A stretch of DNA of 64,000 bases, taken from sequence record PP496441.1; one strand, given 5' to 3'. This document shows positions 37,347 to 45,640 of this stretch, one piece after another. The notes below the pieces were generated by a model. It worked only from the letters and a program-made list of their open reading frames with translations. It did not search any database and was not told where the DNA came from. The first letter of the stretch is position 1; each line of letters opens with the position of its first letter. Both the position numbers and the translations under genes were made by a program.

Positions 37347-38363
37347 ATGGCCCTTTCAATCTGGCCGCTGACCGAAGGTGAACTCGGTCAGGGCCTCGTC
37401 AACGAACTGAATCGTACCAGCAAGGCGCTGGTGAACCGGAGTATGTGGTCTTTGCCATTGCTCCGGCGGTTGTTTTATCGGCGCACCGAGATTGGTGTCC
37501 CGGAGCTACTCCACGTCTGTACCAGCATTCATCGGGGCAAGACTTACTTCTGCCTGTTGGTGAACTTCCGAGACGTGGTGATGGGCAACCCCGAGCAATA
37601 CGGATGGGACCTAGCTGGCCGGTGGTTGTTCTACGATGTGGATCTGCTGGATACCCCGGAATTTAAACAGGTAAACGCGGCTATTCGTAAGGTGGCTACG
37701 GTCAACACGGTTACCTACGGTCAAGCATTCGTTCCGGATGAAGGTGGTATGGGGGAGGAGCACTGGATCAAGAAACTGAAAGGTAACTACCGCCCCCACA
37801 TCTTCGGCGAAAAGTCAAAACAGGTTATCGTCAGTCAGACCTGCGGACACGCGGCTACTCACGTGCTGACCGAGGCAGTGATGTCATTCGGTATCCAGCG
37901 CGCTGAGAGATTTCTCGCGGAAGGTCAGTCGGATGTCATGCCGGAGTTGTATGACCTACCCATGCAGCTAGCCGGTCTAGGCTCGATCCCCGGAACCCGG
38001 ATTGGCACCGTGTCGCTCACCTGCCGGGATACCCATGCGCTGATCGGTACCCTGTCGTTCTACGTTGTGGCGGGCTTGGGTCACAGTGATATCTTGTATA
38101 TGCACGAGATGCTGATTGATCCGGATCCGAAGTGGAAGCATCTATCGGTGGCCGTCAACTTGCACATTCAGGCAATCATGTATGTGCGCTATCTAAACAA
38201 CCGATCTGATCGGGCTTCGGACTTGGTTATCAACCTCGGATTCAACTTGGACGAGAAGTACAACACATACAAAGAGGTGTTCCGTCCGAACAAGTCCGAA
38301 ATGGAAATCTATACCGGCATGCACACCGAGCCAGGCGTCCCACTGTCCTGTTTCAAGGGGTAA
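37347..38363 (+). CDS. Divergent GNAT-fold protein, ATE1/Bpt/Fem-like (putative aminoacyl-tRNA transferase)
   Basis: C-terminal INLGFNLDEKYNTYKEVFRP resembles the ATE1/Bpt YLGY...YKxxFRP end. Confidence 0.45.
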   Translation: MALSIWPLTEGELGQGLVNELNRTSKALVNRSMWSLPLLRRLFYRRTEIGVPELLHVCTSIHRGKTYFCLLVNFRDVVMGNPEQYGWDLAGRWLFYDVDLLDTPEFKQVNAAIRKVATVNTVTYGQAFVPDEGGMGEEHWIKKLKGNYRPHIFGEKSKQVIVSQTCGHAATHVLTEAVMSFGIQRAERFLAEGQSDVMPELYDLPMQLAGLGSIPGTRIGTVSLTCRDTHALIGTLSFYVVAGLGHSDILYMHEMLIDPDPKWKHLSVAVNLHIQAIMYVRYLNNRSDRASDLVINLGFNLDEKYNTYKEVFRPNKSEMEIYTGMHTEPGVPLSCFKG

Positions 38364-38366
38364 GAC

Positions 38367-39368
38367 ATGTACACTCCGTATTCCCAAAACAGTCTGATGC
38401 AATCGATCCCGCTGGATGACCAAGGTACATTCGCCCATCCACCGTACACGATGGAAGGAGAGTTCACCGACGTGTGGACGAATCCAAACCTATATGGATT
38501 CGTCAGCCTGTTGAACGGCCAGAGCAATAGCCGGGCATATCGAGACTGGATGACCACCCACAATCTTCCAGCCCTGTTCCTCGGTCCGCACCATGAAGAC
38601 AACTTCTGGTTTGAATTCAGCACTGGTCTCGATTCCAACTGCACGCTGGATTACAACGAGATCAACGTCCAAGGCAACCTGCAGGACTTCCTTGGGAGAT
38701 TGACGTCATCTCGCCGTCGCTCCGTGCTCAAGGCAAAGGAAACGGATACAATGATCCACAAGGCAGGCTCGGTAGCCAACTTCAACCTGTATCATCCGGT
38801 GGAGGGTAGGCTGTATAGTCTGACCGTGATTCACGAACGCCGGGTGATGAAAGATATTTCCGAGTTTATCGAATCGAAACTCTGGAGTATGAAGCATACG
38901 CCTACTGACCTCACGTACGGTGCATTCACCACTCTGATGGACTACATCCGGTTGAAGCAGCGAGATGACACGCCGCTGGGCCACCGGTTGCGCAACGTAC
39001 AGCTCTTGGTCATTCGAGATGAACGCTCCGGGTTTATCGTGTCAGTTCATCTGGTGGCGATCAACACGTTGAAAGATGATTCCATGAACCCCACCAAGAC
39101 GTACATGCACTCCTTCGCACGCATCACTGTTCTCCCTGCACGTATCGCCTTACTTGCGTTGATCAAGGCGGTTCAAGAGTTAAACGTCACCAGTCAGTAC
39201 GCGTCCCGTGCACTGGCGAAGATCGACTATCTTGATGTGAGCAACGTGGTGCTGTCCGAGCGAGAGCAGTACAAGTCGGACTTCTTAACCGGCAAATGCC
39301 AAGTGCGTGCGTGGGCGTCCCCGGCGCTGCTGGAACGGCAGTTACCTTTCGTTACGCCGATCCCGTAA
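38367..39368 (+). CDS. Divergent Fem/Acetyltransf_6-like dupli-GNAT protein
   Basis: DFLGRLTSSRRRSVLKA (Fem-type basic helix); C-terminal YLDV...YKSDF. Confidence 0.45.
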   Translation: MYTPYSQNSLMQSIPLDDQGTFAHPPYTMEGEFTDVWTNPNLYGFVSLLNGQSNSRAYRDWMTTHNLPALFLGPHHEDNFWFEFSTGLDSNCTLDYNEINVQGNLQDFLGRLTSSRRRSVLKAKETDTMIHKAGSVANFNLYHPVEGRLYSLTVIHERRVMKDISEFIESKLWSMKHTPTDLTYGAFTTLMDYIRLKQRDDTPLGHRLRNVQLLVIRDERSGFIVSVHLVAINTLKDDSMNPTKTYMHSFARITVLPARIALLALIKAVQELNVTSQYASRALAKIDYLDVSNVVLSEREQYKSDFLTGKCQVRAWASPALLERQLPFVTPIP

Positions 39369-39372
39369 CTCT

Positions 39373-39380
39373 GTAAATGA
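39373..39380 (+). promoter_or_regulatory. GTAAATGA motif
   Basis: Intergenic, upstream of 39423. Confidence 0.55.
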
Positions 39381-39422
39381 TGGGAACAGCCCCACCATCA
39401 CTTCATCTCTAGGGTAGTTCCC

Positions 39423-40475
39423 ATGCAAGACTTCGATAAGATCATGATCGACAGTAGTTTGACATCAAATCTGGTGTACGCAGGCTTGGGTAGCTTGATC
39501 ACACCCCGTGCACTTGACCTGCTGATCGAACATCAGGCTGCACTGGAAAACGTATACGCCAATCTGGAAACAGCGTATCAGATTACCCCACCCTTCCCCT
39601 GTGAAGCTGCATTCAATTCCCCTGACAAAGATCCTGTGCTGGTCGCCGACTATCTGAATGCTACTCCCGCCATCCGTTGCGGAGAGCTGGCTGGATTCGA
39701 GGCAAAGCCCGGCAGTTACTACCACGCCCCCGCTGCTGGCATCTGCCCGGAACATCGCATCGACGTACGAGGTATGTCTTTGCGTGAGTTCGATCACTAT
39801 CTGGTTGAGCGGGCGGAGGTGTCACGGATCACTACCAATCTGGTGGCCGACAAGTTCCGCTGTGAGACTCATGTGTACAAAGTGGATGAAGATCATATCC
39901 TGATCCATGACGCCGAACGAGTTGGGATCAGCCAGACGGACTTCCGCCGCATGTGGGCGCAGACCCGCCGCCGGGAAATCGCTGATAATTATCTGCAGCA
40001 CATGCCCATCGAAGACTCCGCCAAGGATGATCAGGTGGTGCGACTGATCAACGAAGACGTAGCACGGGTGTTCGCCCAGAACGTCGACTACGACCGCATG
40101 ATTCCGCCCGAGCTGATCTTCGATGGTCAGGGCAAGCCGGTGCTGACCGTGCTGAAAGATTGCAACGCCAAGGTATTGGGCATTGGTGTGTACGTCATCT
40201 ACAAGTCAGCTGACCCAGAGCATGACAGCGAACTGCACTGGCGTGGCGCTTTCTACGATCACGAAGATCCGCGTACTGCATCCATGGGCATTGAACACGC
40301 TCTGGTTGCCAGCGCACTGCACACAGCGTACGCCTGCAACGCAGTTCTCTATCTGACCAAGGCACCGAAGTCCGTGTGTGACGCATGGAAGACGGAAGTG
40401 CACCAAGGTTACGGGCTGGTCCGTAATGCGATGCCGGAACTGTCTGACACCCCTTACATTCTGGCTATCCAGTAA
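39423..40475 (+). CDS. Divergent ATE1/Bpt-like GNAT-fold protein
   Basis: AFYDHEDPRTASMGIEHAL...VLYL resembles ATE1/Bpt FYDP...SLG...L...YLG. Confidence 0.45.
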   Translation: MQDFDKIMIDSSLTSNLVYAGLGSLITPRALDLLIEHQAALENVYANLETAYQITPPFPCEAAFNSPDKDPVLVADYLNATPAIRCGELAGFEAKPGSYYHAPAAGICPEHRIDVRGMSLREFDHYLVERAEVSRITTNLVADKFRCETHVYKVDEDHILIHDAERVGISQTDFRRMWAQTRRREIADNYLQHMPIEDSAKDDQVVRLINEDVARVFAQNVDYDRMIPPELIFDGQGKPVLTVLKDCNAKVLGIGVYVIYKSADPEHDSELHWRGAFYDHEDPRTASMGIEHALVASALHTAYACNAVLYLTKAPKSVCDAWKTEVHQGYGLVRNAMPELSDTPYILAIQ

Positions 40476-40479
40476 ATAG
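40472..40479 (+). promoter_or_regulatory. GTAAATAG motif
   Basis: Overlaps the stop codon; about 30 nt upstream of the ATP-grasp gene. Confidence 0.5.
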
Positions 40480-40508
40480 CCGGTAACTCCATCCATTGAG
40501 GTACTTCC

Positions 40509-42593
40509 ATGAAATCCGTGAACCCCATCTTCAAGCACGTTCCCCAGTTCGACTGGCCTGTCATCCCTCGTGCACAGTGGGAAGAGATCATCAAGGGAAA
40601 AGAGCATGTGATGTTCGACTCCTTCTCGCAGCTCGCTCAAGTGTTGGCTATCCCGGTGAGCAGTTACCAGTTCTACTTCGAAGATGGGTCCACGTTGTTC
40701 GCCGGTCCCGAAGCAACCTTCACCGCCGCGCCGTACCCGCTGTATCAGGACCTTGAATTCGTCCTGACCCCTGACGAGACGTTGGTGCCGGGTCTTGCAC
40801 TGGATACCAAACCGTGGGGCCTGTACACCGACGAATGGGTGGACAACTACGAAGGTGCGGACAAGGAAGACATCGGCAACAAGACCGGGTTCGAATTCAT
40901 TCCGCTGTCGGACGCCTTGAAACTGGTGGTCCTCAACACGGAGACCATGCAGCTCCAGTACACTGCCATCGAGAGCTTCACGTACGACGGCGTGACTTAC
41001 GTATACCTGCTGGCCGATGGCGTGTGCTGGGTACTGGCGGGCAAGTCCGGTGGTCTGGTTGCCAGCGAGCATGACAAAGGTGCTGCGTTCATCATGGTGT
41101 CCCATCCCGAGTTCGCCGGGTGCAGCGTAGACAACATGTATCCAAGTGAGTTCGGTGAAGCGGAAGCGACGTTCTACGTTCAAGACGAGGAACACAATTA
41201 CCTGGACGCGGCTAACCGCATCTTCGAGGAAGCCAAGGACGTAGGCGCTGGCACGTTCCTGACCATTGAGACCGGTGATGGATTGCCGACCGCGCTGGCG
41301 TACAACCTGCGGTACAGTGATGTGGCCCACGTTAACCTGCCGATGCACAACATCCACCAGTTCACTTCTCTGCACGTACGACTGGGTGAGACTCCTAACT
41401 TTTCCGAGGCCCCGGAAGCGTGCCGCATGAAAGAGGTGATGGAGTATCTGGCGGACCCTGAGTCCCCGGTAGATCATTACTGGTCGGCCATCATGGTACT
41501 GGAGAAGAACTTCCCCGGTTTCGCCGACGCCCTGAAAGACTCCAGTGTCCCGACCCGTGACATCGTGCACTCCAAACAGGCGTTCAGCTTGGAGATCGAT
41601 CGCCAGTTCGGCAAGGAAGTGGCAAGCAAGATCGGCCTGAACACTGGCGTATTCGCCCAAGTGAAAGACCGTGATGAGTGGCTGACCCGTCAAGACGATT
41701 TTCCTACCGACAAGGTGGCCGTCAAGTACAACACCAAACACTTCATCGGCATCTTCGACAAGGACGAGGTATCGAATTCCATCAACATGTGGCTGGCCGG
41801 TCAACCCGGAGAGTCGCTGATGATCGAAGAGTACTTCGGTGAGGGCAATCAGGAATTCAACCTGTGCTATGTGATCAACGAAGAGTTTGTGCAGCCGACG
41901 CTGTTCCTGTGCGAAGTCAACAAGATCCTCGGTAATGACACCGGCGGCAAAGGTGGCAACACGCTGGCCTGCCATGATGCTCGTATTAACAAGTACCCTG
42001 AGTTCTTCGAGCCGGTAAATAATGCGCTTGCTAACCTGCATGAGCACGTGGAAGGTGTGAAGGGCTGGGTTGACCTGAGCTTCATGGTCCGCGACGGCAT
42101 CCCTTACTTCACAGAGTGGTGCATTCGCATCGGCTGCTCCAACAACGCCACCATCGTGCGCCAGATGGAGACCCCTCTCGACGTTCTTTTGACTAACGTG
42201 GTTAACAAGGTGCATACCGAGCTGTCTTGGAAGCACTCCATGTCTGTTAGCGTGGACATCTACAGCATGCCGCTGTCCGCAGGCAATGATGCCAACATGC
42301 AGTTCACCGACTCGCTGACCACTCCGGTAGAGATGGTGTCCCCACTCAATCTGGAATTGGCAGCGGAGAGTTTCTTCGACCCGATTGATTCGGCCTGGAA
42401 CGCGGTGTACGACGGCTACATTGTCGAGGCGTACAACCGATATGGCACCGTCTCGGGGTATTCCACCAACTGGAACTTCGCCTGCAATGCGGCGTACAAT
42501 CACTTGAAAGATCAGTCGGTGTTGTACGGGGCATACCGCGAAGCGCCTGCCCACCACGACCCACTGACTCTGTTCCCTTTCCTCAAGGCGTAA
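40509..42593 (+). CDS. ATP-grasp amide ligase, PurD (GAR synthetase)-like, with an N-terminal extension
   Basis: VAVK, MIEEYFGEGNQEF, CEVNKILGNDTGGKGG (cf. PurD DHKR...GDTGPNTGGMG), GIPYFTEWCIRIG (cf. ExNxRFG). Confidence 0.72.
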   Translation: MKSVNPIFKHVPQFDWPVIPRAQWEEIIKGKEHVMFDSFSQLAQVLAIPVSSYQFYFEDGSTLFAGPEATFTAAPYPLYQDLEFVLTPDETLVPGLALDTKPWGLYTDEWVDNYEGADKEDIGNKTGFEFIPLSDALKLVVLNTETMQLQYTAIESFTYDGVTYVYLLADGVCWVLAGKSGGLVASEHDKGAAFIMVSHPEFAGCSVDNMYPSEFGEAEATFYVQDEEHNYLDAANRIFEEAKDVGAGTFLTIETGDGLPTALAYNLRYSDVAHVNLPMHNIHQFTSLHVRLGETPNFSEAPEACRMKEVMEYLADPESPVDHYWSAIMVLEKNFPGFADALKDSSVPTRDIVHSKQAFSLEIDRQFGKEVASKIGLNTGVFAQVKDRDEWLTRQDDFPTDKVAVKYNTKHFIGIFDKDEVSNSINMWLAGQPGESLMIEEYFGEGNQEFNLCYVINEEFVQPTLFLCEVNKILGNDTGGKGGNTLACHDARINKYPEFFEPVNNALANLHEHVEGVKGWVDLSFMVRDGIPYFTEWCIRIGCSNNATIVRQMETPLDVLLTNVVNKVHTELSWKHSMSVSVDIYSMPLSAGNDANMQFTDSLTTPVEMVSPLNLELAAESFFDPIDSAWNAVYDGYIVEAYNRYGTVSGYSTNWNFACNAAYNHLKDQSVLYGAYREAPAHHDPLTLFPFLKA

Positions 42594-42596
42594 TCC

Positions 42597-43760
42597 ATGA
42601 GCACTCCATTCCAAGAGTTCACCCTAGAAGGGTGGATTCGCTACATGAGAGATGAAAGCATCATCTGGCGCGCGTACGCTGATGGTCATCCGGATAAGGT
42701 CGAGTTCAGCCCGGAGTGGCGTGACGAGATGTATCGGTTGATGGTGCAGTTCAAAGATCTGCTGCCGATGTCGTTTTCCAATCCGGTGTACGGCTTCACT
42801 GAAGGTTGGCTGGAAGGGCTCGGACTCCAGCCCTTTTATGGCGATGATCCGTTCAATCCGATGGTGCAACCGCTTAGCCACCCTCTGGTGCATGTGGGGC
42901 TTCCGTTTACTCTGAGCGAGCTGACGGCGGGCGTATGGGACTGTCAGTCCCTGAGCGCTCACCTGGAGCGTCCGCTGCTGGTCGATACATTCGAACCGAT
43001 CCCAGTGCCATCTATTAGCCTGGACGCTTACAAAGCCGTCCTGACCGTACGGGACCGGGAAGAGATCGTGATGAGTGCGGGAACCCCGGTGAACTACTTC
43101 CTCTGGTTGAATAGTCCGATCACCGAACTCAAAGACGACTTCGACGTTTATCTGGCCAGCCTGACCAAGAAGCGCCGCTACAAAGTGAAGCAGGCACTGG
43201 CGACAGTGGGCACCGAAGAGAACCCGGCTATCAGCGTCAGTACTGGATCTCGTTTCGGCGAAGGGTTGTTGTCCGATCAGGTGAACAGCATCCTCGCGAC
43301 TTTCGAAGATCCGGTGGACATAGAGTGCATGCTTCTTCAGCTGCTGTTCGGGGTGGCAACCTGCAATACCCATCCGCATCTTGTCGATCTGGTTTGTGCA
43401 GACCAGCAGTTGGGGATCTTCATCAAGCGCAACGGCCACACGATGAATTTCCTCTACAACCGTGACCCGGACAACCGCGCTGACTCAGGCATCAACCTGC
43501 TGACCCAGTACGTGCGCCATCTGCACATGAACCGCCCGGAAGGTGTGATGTACGTGGACCCGACATGTCGATATCGGCCTGACGAGGACAGTATGAACAC
43601 CTACAAGCGGGTGATCACCAACGAGAACCGGTATCACCCAATGCCGTTCGTCTCGGCTGATCCTGCGCACATCGAAGGTGTTATTACCCCGGCGTTCATT
43701 GCAGGTCATTGGCAGATGTCGGCGTCCAATGGCCCGGCCAATCCTGAGATGATGGAGTAA
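42597..43760 (+). CDS. Fem/Acetyltransf_6-like dupli-GNAT protein
   Basis: DVYLASLTKKRRYKVKQAL; C-terminal SGINLL...YVD...YKR. Confidence 0.55.
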   Translation: MSTPFQEFTLEGWIRYMRDESIIWRAYADGHPDKVEFSPEWRDEMYRLMVQFKDLLPMSFSNPVYGFTEGWLEGLGLQPFYGDDPFNPMVQPLSHPLVHVGLPFTLSELTAGVWDCQSLSAHLERPLLVDTFEPIPVPSISLDAYKAVLTVRDREEIVMSAGTPVNYFLWLNSPITELKDDFDVYLASLTKKRRYKVKQALATVGTEENPAISVSTGSRFGEGLLSDQVNSILATFEDPVDIECMLLQLLFGVATCNTHPHLVDLVCADQQLGIFIKRNGHTMNFLYNRDPDNRADSGINLLTQYVRHLHMNRPEGVMYVDPTCRYRPDEDSMNTYKRVITNENRYHPMPFVSADPAHIEGVITPAFIAGHWQMSASNGPANPEMME

Positions 43761-43762
43761 CC

Positions 43763-44710
43763 ATGGCAAAGCACAAGGTCAAAAGGTTGGAAATCAACCA
43801 CATCTACGACTTCTACCCGTTGTATCAGGTGATGTACGGGCGTGGCATGGAGACCAAAGCGTTCGAGGTCTCCAAGTTCGCCAAGATGGTGCTGGACTTC
43901 GAAGCATCAACCAGTACTCGCCGGAAGTGGGACGTGCTGGAACCTTTCAGCGGTATCAGCGAGCATGAACACTTCTTCGCTGCTACTGGCCTGAACATCG
44001 AGCACTACACCGGCATGGACATCGTGGTTCCAGATGGGGCCAAAAACGTCATTCAAGGTGACATCATCACCGACACCCTTCCGTTTCACGTCAACGCGGT
44101 GTTCGCCTTCTACTACAGCTTGCAGAATGTACGGGACGCCAAGACTGGCATGCACACGCGGGAAAAGCTGGTGGAGTTCTTCGACAACATCCTCGGCCAT
44201 CTGCAAGTCAATGCGAACAAGAGCCGTATGCCCGCAGTGTTCGCTTTCCACCTTGACCAGCCTGAAGACCCTAATTACTATCTGACGTCCCGTGCCGACG
44301 TTGGAGGTGAACAGTCATGGACCGCACCCGCGTGTGGTCTGCTGGGGCAGTGGGTCAAGTGCAAACCGACCGACACTCTGGAAGTGAAGTGCAATCTGGA
44401 CACCTGGTACAACCGTGTGCAGTGCACCGCGTACGATCAGGCGGAGGATATCCAGATTCTGGTAAATGGGCGAGTAGTGGCGACCGTTGAGATCGAACAG
44501 CCGTTCACCCATCGGGTCTGGACCGAGCATGAGGTGATCGACATCCTGCGGGGTCTGGACTACAATCTGCACTTCCACATGTACAACGGCACCATCTCCA
44601 ATTACGACTTCTTGATGACCCGTTTGGAAGACAAGCCCGTTCCCGGCGATGAAGAGGCTAATACTAATCAGATGACAACTGATATGCTGGTTGTCGTTAA
44701 TCCGAGGTAA
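43763..44710 (+). CDS. Class I SAM-dependent methyltransferase, copy 1
   Basis: DVLEPFSG (motif I variant), MDI, IQGDI, VNAVFAFYYSL. Confidence 0.65.
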   Translation: MAKHKVKRLEINHIYDFYPLYQVMYGRGMETKAFEVSKFAKMVLDFEASTSTRRKWDVLEPFSGISEHEHFFAATGLNIEHYTGMDIVVPDGAKNVIQGDIITDTLPFHVNAVFAFYYSLQNVRDAKTGMHTREKLVEFFDNILGHLQVNANKSRMPAVFAFHLDQPEDPNYYLTSRADVGGEQSWTAPACGLLGQWVKCKPTDTLEVKCNLDTWYNRVQCTAYDQAEDIQILVNGRVVATVEIEQPFTHRVWTEHEVIDILRGLDYNLHFHMYNGTISNYDFLMTRLEDKPVPGDEEANTNQMTTDMLVVVNPR

Positions 44711-44712
44711 GA

Positions 44713-45630
44713 ATGGCTAAGCCCAAGATCCCTACACGAACCATCCCCACGTTGTACCAAGACTGGGGGTTGTACAGCGCCATCTGCGAACTGCCGCAGG
44801 AGACGATGCTGATGATGTCGCGCTTCGTGGCAGACCGGACCATCGAACATGCCGAGCGCCATGACCTGGAAAGTGTGGCGATCATGGAGCCCTTTAGCGG
44901 GCCGATCCCGTATTACGAGCCAGACATCCGAAGCTTCCTGACTCGCGCCCGTGTTGACCTGGATACGTACGATCATGTCGAGTACCTTGATCACGGTGGA
45001 TTGTCGGAAGACAACAATATCATCATCGGTGACATCACCACCATCGACCTGAAACAGAAATACGACGTCATCTACGGCAGTTACGGCAGCTTGGCCTGCC
45101 TGCTGCTGGATCACACGCACAACAAAGCGTATGAGAAGTCACACGCAGCTCTGGTCAACATTCGCGAGCACCTGAAACCCAACGGCATCTTCGTCCTGAA
45201 CGCCAACGGATCCAGCGAAAGCCTGCTGAATAACCTGTTGAACTCCGATGAGCCGGATCAAGAGATTCGCGTCCGTCCGGGATCGCAGTTGGGCAAGGCG
45301 TTCCGAATCAAACCAGACAGTAACGCGCTGCTTCGTTTCTCCTACAACGTGGAGTACGACCGACGCACCACCTGCACCATGTGCCATTACAGCGATATGG
45401 TGCTGTCTGTAAATGGGGTTGACATCCAGCGCTGGGAGGTGGAATCCCCGACGTATCTTGCGCCGCTGGATGAACCCGAACTAATTCGAATGGCAGGTAT
45501 GGCTGGTTTCAATCTGGACAACACCGAGTTCTACGGATTGGACACCACCGGTTATCCTGCCTTCTTCAAAATGGATACGGTCTGCGACGGGTCATGGTCA
45601 CCCGCCGAGTTCGTAGTCTTTCGCACCTAA
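44713..45630 (+). CDS. Class I SAM-dependent methyltransferase, copy 2
   Basis: IMEPFSG, IGDITTIDLKQKYDVIYGSYGSL, EHLKPNGIFVL. Confidence 0.8.
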   Translation: MAKPKIPTRTIPTLYQDWGLYSAICELPQETMLMMSRFVADRTIEHAERHDLESVAIMEPFSGPIPYYEPDIRSFLTRARVDLDTYDHVEYLDHGGLSEDNNIIIGDITTIDLKQKYDVIYGSYGSLACLLLDHTHNKAYEKSHAALVNIREHLKPNGIFVLNANGSSESLLNNLLNSDEPDQEIRVRPGSQLGKAFRIKPDSNALLRFSYNVEYDRRTTCTMCHYSDMVLSVNGVDIQRWEVESPTYLAPLDEPELIRMAGMAGFNLDNTEFYGLDTTGYPAFFKMDTVCDGSWSPAEFVVFRT

Positions 45631-45640
45631 CGAGGTTCCT

